Below, in pieces: positions 37,008 through 46,300 of a stretch of DNA of 64,000 bases (the stretch's first letter is position 1; each line of letters begins with the position of its first letter). The notes under the pieces were generated by a model that worked only from the letters and a program-made list of their open reading frames with translations, ran no database searches and was not told the origin of the DNA. The translations under genes were made by a program, and so were the position numbers. The stretch lies in IMG/VR virus record IMGVR_UViG_3300001528_000425, positions 64,001 through 128,000 of that record; one strand, 5' to 3'. The stretch is from a virus. Taxonomy: Duplodnaviria > Caudoviricetes.

Positions 37008-38381
37008 TTACAATAAGATATCTTCCAGCTTTAAATTAATAGTCTGGATTTTGGTACCATGCATGTTCTTCATCGAGATCAGCATGTAGGTTGAGGTGAT
37101 CGAGATCGACTCGATACCGATGGCCCTGGCGTTCAGTTTACGATACCGATCTCCACAGCAAGCAAAGCACAATCCATCGACTGTTTCACAGGTCTGGGGA
37201 GAACGCACTCGAACTTTCTTGCCACGGAATTGATCCGCGTTATGTTTGGTGATCTTGGCTTCACCTTCCCCTGTCAACGCAATGCGATCGATAAAGAGAT
37301 TGATGTCACAGATCTTAAAATCGATCCACAACGCACGTTTGGTTCCACAATCCGCTTCCGTGATCGCCAGGTCCTGGAAGATACGCATGAGGAACTTGGT
37401 TTCAGCGCCGCCTTTGGCGGTTTCCGTACCACGGCTGTAAGAACCCTTACGGATCTCGTTGCAGATCGTTGGGAACGCCTCTTTGGTCCATCCCTCCATC
37501 AGGGAGTTCGGGACAAACTCATACTTACCAGCACTGACATCGAATGCATCGATACAACCGACAGTGAGGAAGAGTTTCTTGCGGTGAACATCGTAGGATT
37601 TTGAGCCAAGTGCATTGAAGAAACGAACCGACGGGTCGTCTCCAAGGAACTCTTTGTCAAGGCGTTGAAGCTCGTTCTCCAACTGAACAGTGACCAGAGG
37701 ATCGTTCATCTCTCCCTGATGTTCGGCGATAAACTTTGCTTTCAGCTTCGGAACTTCCGGGTTAGTCAACAAACTCTTCTCAGTGAGAGTTGGAGTGCAA
37801 AGTTCCGTCATGTGGTTGAGGAAGAACACATTGTCCATGAAGTGTTGAAGTTCATCGACCGAGATTAGCTCCTCGCCAGCTGCATCTGCGATGATACTGC
37901 CGATCGCACCAGGTGACCAACGATTGTTCTGGTAAGGGATCTTTCCATCGAATGGAAATCCGAGGCAAATCATGTTCTCGATATACCGTCCAACTGTAGT
38001 CACAACAGGAGGACTATTCTTCCAGATGGTATCCTCGTTGAAGACCAGTTTGAATACATCCTTCCGACCGAGTAATGGGCGTCCATACTCGTTGAGGTAG
38101 ATGAATTCATAGGTCTCTTCATCCGGGTACTTAGCTTCGATCCAACCCATATATTTCTTGTTGAGTCGGACGATAGCACAACTGCTCGGTGAGTTCACCG
38201 ATACTGCCGGGATAATGATCTTGGTTCCAGGGCTTAGATCATTCGGTATCTCAGACGGATCGATCTCAACTTCGTTGGTGTAAGATTCCATCACGGTGAG
38301 AGCTTCCAGTAACCAATCTCTGGTAGAGATACAATTCTTGGCTCTCAGGAGGAAGATGTGCTGAAATGGATTCAGTTTCAT
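37008..38381 (-). CDS. Virion RNA polymerase beta-prime subunit part (phiKZ gp80-like)
   Basis: TTVGR, SLMEGW, RKGSYSRGTETAKGG (bridge helix), DCGT, VRSPQTC..LCFACCG (Zn site) and MKNMHG (trigger loop). Confidence 0.9.
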   Translation of the reverse strand: MKLNPFQHIFLLRAKNCISTRDWLLEALTVMESYTNEVEIDPSEIPNDLSPGTKIIIPAVSVNSPSSCAIVRLNKKYMGWIEAKYPDEETYEFIYLNEYGRPLLGRKDVFKLVFNEDTIWKNSPPVVTTVGRYIENMICLGFPFDGKIPYQNNRWSPGAIGSIIADAAGEELISVDELQHFMDNVFFLNHMTELCTPTLTEKSLLTNPEVPKLKAKFIAEHQGEMNDPLVTVQLENELQRLDKEFLGDDPSVRFFNALGSKSYDVHRKKLFLTVGCIDAFDVSAGKYEFVPNSLMEGWTKEAFPTICNEIRKGSYSRGTETAKGGAETKFLMRIFQDLAITEADCGTKRALWIDFKICDINLFIDRIALTGEGEAKITKHNADQFRGKKVRVRSPQTCETVDGLCFACCGDRYRKLNARAIGIESISITSTYMLISMKNMHGTKIQTINLKLEDILL

Positions 38382-39346
38382 CGGTTATCTCCTTCCGTAT
38401 AAAGCTCTTGGATCAGATCGTAGAATTGCTTCCGAACGTCTGCTCCCCAGGTAGCGGTTTTGTTCGAGATGCGAACCATCAAGGATTCTTTGGTATCCTT
38501 CAACCCGTGTTCCATCACGACAAGACAAAGTCGTTCCGAGGCAGAAGGATTCTTGACTGGTTGTTTTTCCCAGTACTCGAAGAATACAGGAGATGACTCC
38601 TTGAACCCCTTGGGGATCATAAGTGTATCCGAACCATCATCCGCAGAAGCAACTTCCTCCAGCAACGGAGAACGAGTCAGCTTCTTGAGAACAGGAGCAA
38701 ATAGAGTTGGAGCATTCAGAGTGACCTGACGGAGCTTCGAGCTTCGTTCGATCATATCTTCCTTCCCAGTCAAAAGCTGAAGGATATGATCTACTTTGGC
38801 GATATCAACTGTCTCAGCAACAGAAGGATCTCCAAGTTGTTCGATGTCCGTCAAGATAGCAGCGATATGCTCGATGAACGCAGGAGTATTCTCCAAGATA
38901 TTCACCTGTCGATTGATGTAGTCCCAGCTATCATCCAGTGGCATCTTCGCAGCGATATTCGCCACGATAGAGATCAGAGCATCTACAGGTTCTTCCACAT
39001 ACTCCTGTACGATCTCGATGAGATCCTGTCGATCCTTGATCAATTCAGTGAAGTTATCACGATCGAACTTAGTTCGAAGCGCGATAGCAAGTTGTATCAT
39101 CGTTACGTCGTTGCAGATATCGAATTCATCCTGATTGATGATGATTCCGAGTTCGACCAACTCACCAAGCAACAAAGACATGGCTTGTTGTCTCAGGTAT
39201 CTGGGAGTGACCTCTTCAACCGTAACTTCCAGAAGATACTCCTGTCTCGCCAGATAATCCGCGATATAAGGGCTAATACCCATACATTTCTGGATCACCT
39301 CACGATCATAATCAGCAGTCTCCGGTAACGTGTTAACGATTGCCAT
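38378..39346 (-). CDS. Hypothetical protein
   Basis: 322 aa; stop overlaps the start of the gp80-like gene. Confidence 0.75.
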   Translation of the reverse strand: MAIVNTLPETADYDREVIQKCMGISPYIADYLARQEYLLEVTVEEVTPRYLRQQAMSLLLGELVELGIIINQDEFDICNDVTMIQLAIALRTKFDRDNFTELIKDRQDLIEIVQEYVEEPVDALISIVANIAAKMPLDDSWDYINRQVNILENTPAFIEHIAAILTDIEQLGDPSVAETVDIAKVDHILQLLTGKEDMIERSSKLRQVTLNAPTLFAPVLKKLTRSPLLEEVASADDGSDTLMIPKGFKESSPVFFEYWEKQPVKNPSASERLCLVVMEHGLKDTKESLMVRISNKTATWGADVRKQFYDLIQELYTEGDNR

Positions 39347-39542
39347 ATATGTCGTTTCCTTGAAAAGGTTGAAACTTAGTGTTCTAAAGGATGGTTCTCT
39401 TCCTGAAGAAGATATTTCTATCTCCTGGAGGTAGATACAAATGATATTCTAGATCTTGTATTCTTTTACATGAACTGGAGTGAGCCTCAAGCGAACGAAA
39501 GTTCTTTTCTTTCTTTATATTTTCTTTCTTTTCTTTAAGAAA

Positions 39543-39647
39543 TAGATATTTATTATTAGGATATATCAAGGATATTTAGATAAGAGAGTACTTAAGTACT
39601 CTCTTAGATGAATATACTTAGATATATCTTAGTAATAAATATATCTA
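39543..39647. repeat. AT-rich ~105-bp imperfect palindrome with a perfect 26-bp core
   Basis: Core TAAGAGAGTACTT|AAGTACTCTCTTA (39581-39606); arms TAGATATTTATTATTAGGATATATC versus GATATATCTTAGTAATAAATATATCTA. Confidence 0.85.
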
Positions 39648-39750
39648 AACGTGCGCGCGCGTGTAACACGCGGTCTAAGGAATAGAGAAATTTATCTTCT
39701 TGTTATTTTTTACAGAAACTCATAATGTTATGTAATCTTGGAAAATGATT

Positions 39751-40054
39751 CGATCAGTGATGAGCATTGAACCGATTGGATGCATGAACAACTGATCGTG
39801 AGCCGTGAGATGCAAATATTTGCTTTAAGCCATGGTCATCCGAGACACGGAGTTCTAACTACACACAACGCACGTTCGTAAAGTACAGTCAATCATTGGT
39901 TGTTCTATATGTTGTGTTGATGAGTGTGTGCTGTTGACGTTGTCCCGTCGTGTCCCCGATGATTTGAATGAACGATCTGTTCACACAACAGATCAGGTCG
40001 ATCGATCGTGGCTTCCGATCATGTTGATCGTTTAGTCGGTTCACTTCTCATCAC
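39751..40054 (+). ncRNA. Candidate structured RNA or leader E upstream of RNase H (~300 nt)
   Basis: GTGATGAG..TGAACCGATTG (39757-39778) pairs with TAGTCGGTTCA..CTCATCAC (40033-40054) using G-U pairs on +; internal hairpins. Confidence 0.55.
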
Positions 40055-40089
40055 AGATAACAACAAACTCAACATGGGAGGAGATATCC

Positions 40090-40542
40090 ATGAGTATGCT
40101 ACCCCGAGTGATCCTCTACTCGGACGGTTCTCACAGAAGAACCTTCCATCGTGGAGGTTATGCTGGATTGTTAACAACCAGCGATAAGAACTTCCAGTTG
40201 GTCTTTGGTAATGAAGATCATGCTGGCAATGGACGTATGGAGCTGAGTGCTGTTGTCAGTTCACTTCGCTACCTCACAGAACCATGTCATGTGGAAGTGA
40301 TCAGCGATGCTACTTATGTTGTCAACGGCATCAACCTTTGGGTAAAAGGTTGGGCTCTGAACAACTGGAGAACCGCACAGAATAAACCTATCGCCAACAT
40401 CGATCTCTGGGTGGAATTATGGAACATGATGCAAGTGCATCACATCCGAGCTACCTGGGTGAAAGGTCATGCTGGGCATCCTGAGAACGAACTTGTGGAC
40501 TACGTTGCCAACTGGTCTGCTGGCGTACCTATCGAGTGGTAA
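40090..40542 (+). CDS. rnhA: Ribonuclease HI
   Basis: YSDGS, NGRMELSA, SDATYVVNG, ANIDLW and WVKGHAGHPENELVD motifs. Confidence 0.95.
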   Translation: MSMLPRVILYSDGSHRRTFHRGGYAGLLTTSDKNFQLVFGNEDHAGNGRMELSAVVSSLRYLTEPCHVEVISDATYVVNGINLWVKGWALNNWRTAQNKPIANIDLWVELWNMMQVHHIRATWVKGHAGHPENELVDYVANWSAGVPIEW

Positions 40543-40586
40543 CTTATCAAACGACAACCCAATCAAGACAAAAGGATACAAATACT

Positions 40587-40904
40587 ATGAGCGAACAGAA
40601 CAATCAGAAGCCGGTTATCGAAGTGAAACAGGAAATCTTCGCTGATGGACTCGGCCAGATCCATTTCAATGGCAATGTCATGCGCATGGATTTCGTTGCC
40701 ATCAAACCGGAAACCGCTGTTCCGGCAGAAGGACAGGACGGTGTTCAGAACATGGGCATCTTCGTCCCTGTCCGGATCGTCATGACTCCGAAGGATTTCC
40801 TTGCGGCGTTTTCCAACATGCAGAAGATGATCACTCAGCTCGTCGAGCAGGGAGTACTCGAGGTTACTCAGCCGAAGAAGGAAGAACCGACTCAAGCGGA
40901 GTGA
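40587..40904 (+). CDS. Small protein, DUF3467-like
   Basis: Start MSEQNNQK (RBS AAAGGA); EIFADG..IHFNGNVMRMDF..RIVMTPKDF pattern. Confidence 0.6.
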   Translation: MSEQNNQKPVIEVKQEIFADGLGQIHFNGNVMRMDFVAIKPETAVPAEGQDGVQNMGIFVPVRIVMTPKDFLAAFSNMQKMITQLVEQGVLEVTQPKKEEPTQAE

Positions 40905-40908
40905 AATC

Positions 40909-41226
40909 ATGATTCCTCCAGATCAATTGACAAATCGGGTTCTCCGTGAGCTGATTCCTGGATTTATGGAAACGGCTGTCAAGCTCATCATGTGTGATGC
41001 ATGGAATGAGACAATCGGATTGTCCGAACCTACCGAACAACTCCTGGAAGACTTGACAAACGCTATCTCTTGTTCCTTGGAAGCATTTGCACCGGACCTC
41101 TGGTGGGACGTTATGTGCGAACCGACCGAGGAACAGCGTGTCCAGGTGATCGTCAATCAATTGGAAGACTGTGTAATCGTACGGCAGATTAGTTTGGTCT
41201 TCCGCAACGATCCTGTTAATGCTTAG
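40909..41226 (+). CDS. Hypothetical protein
   Basis: 105 aa; RBS GGAG. Confidence 0.65.
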   Translation: MIPPDQLTNRVLRELIPGFMETAVKLIMCDAWNETIGLSEPTEQLLEDLTNAISCSLEAFAPDLWWDVMCEPTEEQRVQVIVNQLEDCVIVRQISLVFRNDPVNA

Positions 41227-41230
41227 GTAC

Positions 41231-41305
41231 AACCTCGTGGTGTAATGGTGTGCACAACTGGTTTTGATCCAGTTAGTCTAAGTTCGAATCTTAGCGAGGT
41301 TGCCA
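41231..41305 (+). tRNA. tRNA-Gln (anticodon UUG)
   Basis: Acceptor AACCTCG/CGAGGTT, D arm GTGT/GCAC, anticodon arm ACTGG-TT TTG AT-CCAGT, T arm CTAAG-TTCGAAT-CTTAG, G73 and encoded CCA. Confidence 0.92.
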
Positions 41306-41311
41306 TATCTT

Positions 41312-41368
41312 ACAAAAAATAAAGTCAAAGCTAGAAGGGAGAGGAGCATGTGCTCCTCTCCCTTCTAG
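41312..41368 (-). terminator. Terminator with TTTATTTTTTGT tail
   Basis: CTAGAAGGGAGAGGAGCA/TGCTCCTCTCCCTTCTAG. Confidence 0.85.
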
Positions 41369-41394
41369 TAGTTATTACAATTGCTCTCTATAAA

Positions 41395-41982
41395 TCAAAT
41401 GGTTTCTCCTTTGTTGAATTCAGTGGGCAGACAATAGTAGATCTTGTTGGGATCTACTTCTCCAGAGATTTCCCAGGTGAGTCGATGAACACCGAGCAGA
41501 CTTTCGATGGAGATTGTGGAATCTTTCGACCCAGCTTTGGGAGGATGATATTCGATAAATACCGACGGGTCTCCGTACAAGGTGGTGGAATACGGTTCAT
41601 CGTACTTTTCCATACCAGTCAGCTGAACGAACCAGTTGAGATGTTGCACGAATGACCGCCGAATATTGCAAGGAACTCCGGTAACCACGTATCTCATTCC
41701 TTCCGTGTAATAGGTCGCTAAGGACTCATTGGAAGGAATCTTATCCGTGAAAGTTACGATATCCATCGCTTCGATCGCTTCGCGATCCGGAAATCTCGAA
41801 ATAAGAGATGCAATGAAGTGAATACGGTCTTCTTCGAAACTGATCGAAAGAATGAGATCGAAGAATTCATCGAGCTCGATCAACCAGTTGGTATCGCGTT
41901 TCCGTTCACATACTTCGAAGAGGTTGAACCTGTTGATGAAAAGAATGTATCCGAAGAGTGCGTCTCGTTTTTTGTACGGCAT
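41395..41982 (-). CDS. Hypothetical protein
   Basis: 195 aa ORF. Confidence 0.65.
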   Translation of the reverse strand: MPYKKRDALFGYILFINRFNLFEVCERKRDTNWLIELDEFFDLILSISFEEDRIHFIASLISRFPDREAIEAMDIVTFTDKIPSNESLATYYTEGMRYVVTGVPCNIRRSFVQHLNWFVQLTGMEKYDEPYSTTLYGDPSVFIEYHPPKAGSKDSTISIESLLGVHRLTWEISGEVDPNKIYYCLPTEFNKGETI

Positions 41983-42379
41983 TCACATCATCCGCAAAAT
42001 CTGGATTCACTTCTTTGAATTCTTTACAATACTTCTCGAAATTGTGAATCTCATTGCAGAATCGCAAAGACTTGTACCGAAGTACCATCTTCTCCTGGTA
42101 GAACTCCCAGATCATCAAGTGATCGGAATACTTCTTGCCGTCGTACTTCGCCACATAATCAACCCGGTAGTGACTTTCATCCGTACGGATAAGAACCGTC
42201 TTGAGATCCAACGGAGCGAATGTAGGGAAGTCTTTCACGTATCGTTTGACCCAGTCCAGAACCTGGTCACGAGTCACTTCTTCACAGGGATCGAAATGAC
42301 TCACTCTGAATTCCGGAGAACACATGTTGATTTGAGTCTTAAAGACCGATTCCGGATTTATGACTGATTTAATAAGCAT
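41906..42379 (-). CDS. Hypothetical protein
   Basis: 157 aa; RBS AGGAG; overlaps the next gene by 77 nt. Confidence 0.6.
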   Translation of the reverse strand: MLIKSVINPESVFKTQINMCSPEFRVSHFDPCEEVTRDQVLDWVKRYVKDFPTFAPLDLKTVLIRTDESHYRVDYVAKYDGKKYSDHLMIWEFYQEKMVLRYKSLRFCNEIHNFEKYCKEFKEVNPDFADDVNAVQKTRRTLRIHSFHQQVQPLRSM

Positions 42380-42396
42380 CTCATTTATCTCCTATT

Positions 42397-43086
42397 TTAC
42401 CAAGCTATAGCTTGATGTTTGAATGGTTTCAGGGGTGATTTTGATACTTCCTGTACCTCTACCCAGATGGGTAGATAATTGGGTATTTGGAAGGATCTGT
42501 AGAATGTGAATTTCTCTTCTCTTCCATCGAATACAATAGCGTATTCTGCACGGTCGATCAGGATGTCGGTTTTGATCAGATCGATACCACAAGAACGTTG
42601 TTGTGCGAAGTTCATGTACTTGAGTGACATGAATTGTCCGAGTTCCATGTAAGACAGAGGAACTTGAGTCTTACCGATTATTTGAGCCGCTTCTTTATGA
42701 AGGAAAGGTATCGTGATTGTGCTTTGTCCTCCGAGAGAACTCATGTCATCGTTACGATACCACGTCCGAACATTCAGTATGATATCGGAGGGTGTCAGTA
42801 TCGTTGACATGAAATTACTTGTAGTGCAAGTACCGACCAGTGTAAGTTGAGAGATCGTGATCTGCGGACGAATACCTTCATTCTTGGTTCTCGACTCCAA
42901 GGTTAAAGCAGCTCCAGGAACATACTCACACCGGAGTGTAAGGATATTCTTAAGACCTCTCTTCAACAATCTCTTGATTACAGGGTCATTCGGTCCTGCA
43001 ACAACAACACGATTGGGTGTTTTCTTGGGTTTCTTGACTCGTTTCTTCTTGACAACGTTGTCCTGAATAAAGAAGTTGGTTTTCAT
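42397..43086 (-). CDS. Hypothetical protein with basic N-terminus
   Basis: 229 aa; RBS AGGAGG. Confidence 0.7.
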   Translation of the reverse strand: MKTNFFIQDNVVKKKRVKKPKKTPNRVVVAGPNDPVIKRLLKRGLKNILTLRCEYVPGAALTLESRTKNEGIRPQITISQLTLVGTCTTSNFMSTILTPSDIILNVRTWYRNDDMSSLGGQSTITIPFLHKEAAQIIGKTQVPLSYMELGQFMSLKYMNFAQQRSCGIDLIKTDILIDRAEYAIVFDGREEKFTFYRSFQIPNYLPIWVEVQEVSKSPLKPFKHQAIAW

Positions 43087-43113
43087 TTCGACCTCCTAAG
43101 CAATGATGAAACA

Positions 43114-43146
43114 ACCTACTAGGAGACATCAAGTCTCCTAGTAGGT
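43114..43146 (-). terminator. Terminator after DNA polymerase
   Basis: ACCTACTAGGAGAC/GTCTCCTAGTAGGT. Confidence 0.75.
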
Positions 43147-43154
43147 GTAAGTGA

Positions 43155-45251
43155 TTAGATTACCATAACTCCATCTTCTGTGTACAAGTCACTCAATAAG
43201 AGTTTCTTGTCATCTGAACCAACCGATATTCCAAGTTGGGTCAGAGTCAGATATAACGCTTTCACGTTGTGGTAGATGATCGAACGAATGTCGATCAGCG
43301 GAATCAGTTCTTTTGGCACTCGATCCAACTGCGGATTGATACAGATGCTGGCAGGATGTCTCTTGTACTTGAGATAGAACTCTCTTGCAGACTTAGCCAG
43401 TCTCTTGTCCATGTCCTCCAGCATCGTGTAATACTGTTCCGTTGGTGGATACAGGAATGCGATCGCTGTCTTGGTCGGTGGCTGGATATCTCCGTACTTC
43501 TGTGCGAAGATCTCTTGCCACGCCATCAAGTAGAAATAATTACTCGACGTTGGAGTCGCGTAGTCTCTCTCCATCTTGATCGACAACATCTTGAAGAACT
43601 CCGTTTCACCATCAAGTACTGACTTCCGGATCTGTTGTTCGAACTTGACCACTGTTCCGATCAGCTCTGCAGCAGAAAGTCTGCCATTGGCTTTCTCCAG
43701 AACGTGTTTGACAAGGAAGTCTTCCACGAACTTGGTTGCTGTTGCACACACGTCAGAACCACGAAGCTGAACTCCTTTGATGTCGGTAGCCAATTTGTTC
43801 AAGATGACACCTTCCTGGATCTTGATCTGTCCAGCGTAGGTTTTCTTGATTGAGTACACGATCATCGTTGGGTAGAGGAATTCATTCTTCATCTCCATGA
43901 TCTTGATAAACTCACCAGTTGCTCCATGTGCGACACTGTATTTAGCCAAACAATGCGAGATCGCTTTGGTCAGCCAGTAGATTGCACAACTTGAGATTTG
44001 GTAAGTCTTCGTCGTCAGTTTGAAGTAGTCTCCGGTGTACCATTCCACCCAATCCTTCGCAGTGAAGATCACTGAGTCGGTATCAGATAAGATCACAGTG
44101 TTTCGGAACATGTGCTTCTTCAGATTGATCCGCGGTGTGTTCAATCTAGTGTAGATGAACATATCGAACAGATCTCTGATCCCATCGAGTTGCTCTTGCA
44201 CATAATGCGCAATGGAAACGAACTTCTTCGCTAAGTCAGGTCGCTTAGACGGGAAGTCGTACACCTGCATGGTATCATCATCGGTTGAGAACAACTCGTT
44301 GAATGATACAGCGATCACGGCGATGAGATCTTTGTCGATCTTGAATAGATCGTCAGGAACAACATCAGATCGCATCTCTATCTTCGTAAGATCGAAGAGA
44401 TCGTTCAACCATGGACGGAAGATATTCTCGTTACCCCAGATCAGATGTCTGAGATTCTGAAAATACCAGAAGAACGCCACTTCTTCCGCTGTCATCGTGT
44501 TGATCAGTTCTTTAACCCGAGGGATCTGATCGGACGGATGATACTGCTGGATCGTCTTACGATAGAACTCATAAAGTTCGACACGTGTTGGCCATCTCAG
44601 ATGATGTCGATTCATCATGTCTCTGAGTTTATCACGGTCGATCCCATCGGTGATATGGATCATGATGTGATTGATCAGTTCTTCCTCGGAGAACCATGCG
44701 AAATTTCCACCCAATACAGTCTCAGCTGTAGTGTATGCCTGAGCGATGAGAGCACGTGCTGATGAGGTGATAGAGTTGTAGTTTCCTTTGTCATAGAACA
44801 CGTTGTACATAGAACCCATGCCACCAGGTAACGAGTTCACGTTGATCTTGATCGTCGTCTGAGCGAAGTAGTGTTGCATCTCCGTAGTAGTGTCACCAAC
44901 TGCTTTTGCTTGTAGCATCGCTTTCTTGTGCTGACTACGACGTTTCAGCTGGTCAGTTACAAGCTGGGTTACGATACCGATCTTTTGATCTGTTGGTAGA
45001 TAAACACTACCGCTAGGAGACATGATCATGTCTCGTTTTCGTTCGTAGTAGATCGCCAGATCTTCTGCTACGATCCTAGTTTCTCCATACCGAACTGTTT
45101 CAACATGGATGATCGTTTTCGGTTGGTATTTCGATTTGGCCACATCTCGTACATATTGATTCGCCTCTTCCCTGCTCAACATAGGGAATTTTCGACTGAT
45201 GTAAGTTGTCATCAGGTCGACGTACGATTTAGGCAATGAAGGTCGTGACAT
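43155..45251 (-). CDS. Split family-B DNA polymerase, polymerase-motif subunit (phiKZ gp50-like)
   Basis: 698 aa; motif B QTTIKINVNSLPG, motif C SDTDSVIFT, MKNEF, KKTY and IKGVQL. Confidence 0.88.
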   Translation of the reverse strand: MSRPSLPKSYVDLMTTYISRKFPMLSREEANQYVRDVAKSKYQPKTIIHVETVRYGETRIVAEDLAIYYERKRDMIMSPSGSVYLPTDQKIGIVTQLVTDQLKRRSQHKKAMLQAKAVGDTTTEMQHYFAQTTIKINVNSLPGGMGSMYNVFYDKGNYNSITSSARALIAQAYTTAETVLGGNFAWFSEEELINHIMIHITDGIDRDKLRDMMNRHHLRWPTRVELYEFYRKTIQQYHPSDQIPRVKELINTMTAEEVAFFWYFQNLRHLIWGNENIFRPWLNDLFDLTKIEMRSDVVPDDLFKIDKDLIAVIAVSFNELFSTDDDTMQVYDFPSKRPDLAKKFVSIAHYVQEQLDGIRDLFDMFIYTRLNTPRINLKKHMFRNTVILSDTDSVIFTAKDWVEWYTGDYFKLTTKTYQISSCAIYWLTKAISHCLAKYSVAHGATGEFIKIMEMKNEFLYPTMIVYSIKKTYAGQIKIQEGVILNKLATDIKGVQLRGSDVCATATKFVEDFLVKHVLEKANGRLSAAELIGTVVKFEQQIRKSVLDGETEFFKMLSIKMERDYATPTSSNYFYLMAWQEIFAQKYGDIQPPTKTAIAFLYPPTEQYYTMLEDMDKRLAKSAREFYLKYKRHPASICINPQLDRVPKELIPLIDIRSIIYHNVKALYLTLTQLGISVGSDDKKLLLSDLYTEDGVMVI

Positions 45252-45330
45252 ATCGTGCGTCCTCCTTGGTTAAGATTGTTCATACAGTATCTCATGATGA
45301 ACAAATTTATTATTTAATCTCTTCATATCT

Positions 45331-45338
45331 GTAATATA
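45331..45338 (-). promoter_or_regulatory. Early promoter TATATTAC upstream of DNA polymerase
   Basis: Exact motif about 80 nt upstream of the ATG. Confidence 0.75.
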
Positions 45339-45436
45339 TACCGCTATTTCCCTTCATCTTGTTCAGACCATGATATAGCTTGTCTTCACGTCCAAGCGTC
45401 AATTGCATAACACTAACAACACACGGAGATACCAAT

Positions 45437-46045
45437 ATGTTCAAGCTTTTAAATCGGTTCCTCGGAATGCATTCCGAAGCGGCACCGTTACCGGAATTGG
45501 GAGATACTATCATCGACGACACGAAACCGCTGGGTAAACCAGAGTCGAGTGCAGCGATGACAAGTATGGTCAGTCGTCGGGCATTCGCTGAACTGGCCAT
45601 CCTGTATGCCCAGTACCTGATGGAAACCGGTAAGGCGGATAGTCGGGAGGCTTGCGCCGAACAAGTCGGCAAGTTCATGAGTTCCGGTATGGATCGTGGT
45701 GAAATCACGGTCAATGAACTGGAATACGTCATGGGCTATATCAAGAGTGAACGACTCCGGATCAAGACTCCTTGGGATGTGAGATATGAGTTCATCAATG
45801 AAATCACTCAGCAGACCATGGGAGATCTGCAGTGGATCGGCTCAGTTGAGAACGTCGGCTTTTCTCCCGAAGAATCTCAGCTGATCACGGATTATCAGAA
45901 GGCCTTTGAGGTGTACGACAAACTGCGATGGGAACTTCGCGACAACCTCATTCGGACCATCGAATCCACCATCGATGTGATCTTGATCGAATACAAGAGC
46001 GTCCTCGATCAGGACTTCGTCAGCCGTTATTCCACTAAAAAATAA
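45437..46045 (+). CDS. Hypothetical protein
   Basis: Start reassigned to MFKLLNRF (RBS GGAG); CATGATATAG motif at 45369-45378. Confidence 0.7.
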   Translation: MFKLLNRFLGMHSEAAPLPELGDTIIDDTKPLGKPESSAAMTSMVSRRAFAELAILYAQYLMETGKADSREACAEQVGKFMSSGMDRGEITVNELEYVMGYIKSERLRIKTPWDVRYEFINEITQQTMGDLQWIGSVENVGFSPEESQLITDYQKAFEVYDKLRWELRDNLIRTIESTIDVILIEYKSVLDQDFVSRYSTKK

Positions 46046-46103
46046 TTCTCTTCCCCCGTTATATAGAACGGAATGGAGTAGATGATAACCGAGGCATTTG
46101 ATT

Positions 46104-46235
46104 ATGGATGATTCGTCCGATCATATGCAGATATTCGATCAAAATGTATCCGAAATAAGAGCTGCAACGGATCTCATCGAGAGAATCATTGCAAACATCG
46201 GAACACCGATCGAATCTTTGCCGATTTCTCAGTAA
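46104..46235 (+). CDS. Possible 43-aa acidic small protein
   Basis: MDDSSDHMQIFDQNVSEIRAATDLIERIIANIGTPIESLPISQ; GAGG upstream; fills the intergenic gap. Confidence 0.4.
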   Translation: MDDSSDHMQIFDQNVSEIRAATDLIERIIANIGTPIESLPISQ

Positions 46236-46300
46236 GAGAATCGCATTGGATTAAATTCTACGCCACCGCACTACTGTATAACTGCTGGGAGAAATTAAAC

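Noticed and set aside
39384-39569. 61-aa K/E-rich ORF in the AT-rich region
   Set aside because: It is a translation of the polypyrimidine tract and palindrome arm, with no RBS
39651-39855. Group II intron-like hints: GTGCG at 39651 and GAGCCGTG...CACGG at ~39800-39850 resembling domain V
   Set aside because: Spacing is far too short, the DV geometry is wrong, and there is no domain VI, interrupted gene or maturase
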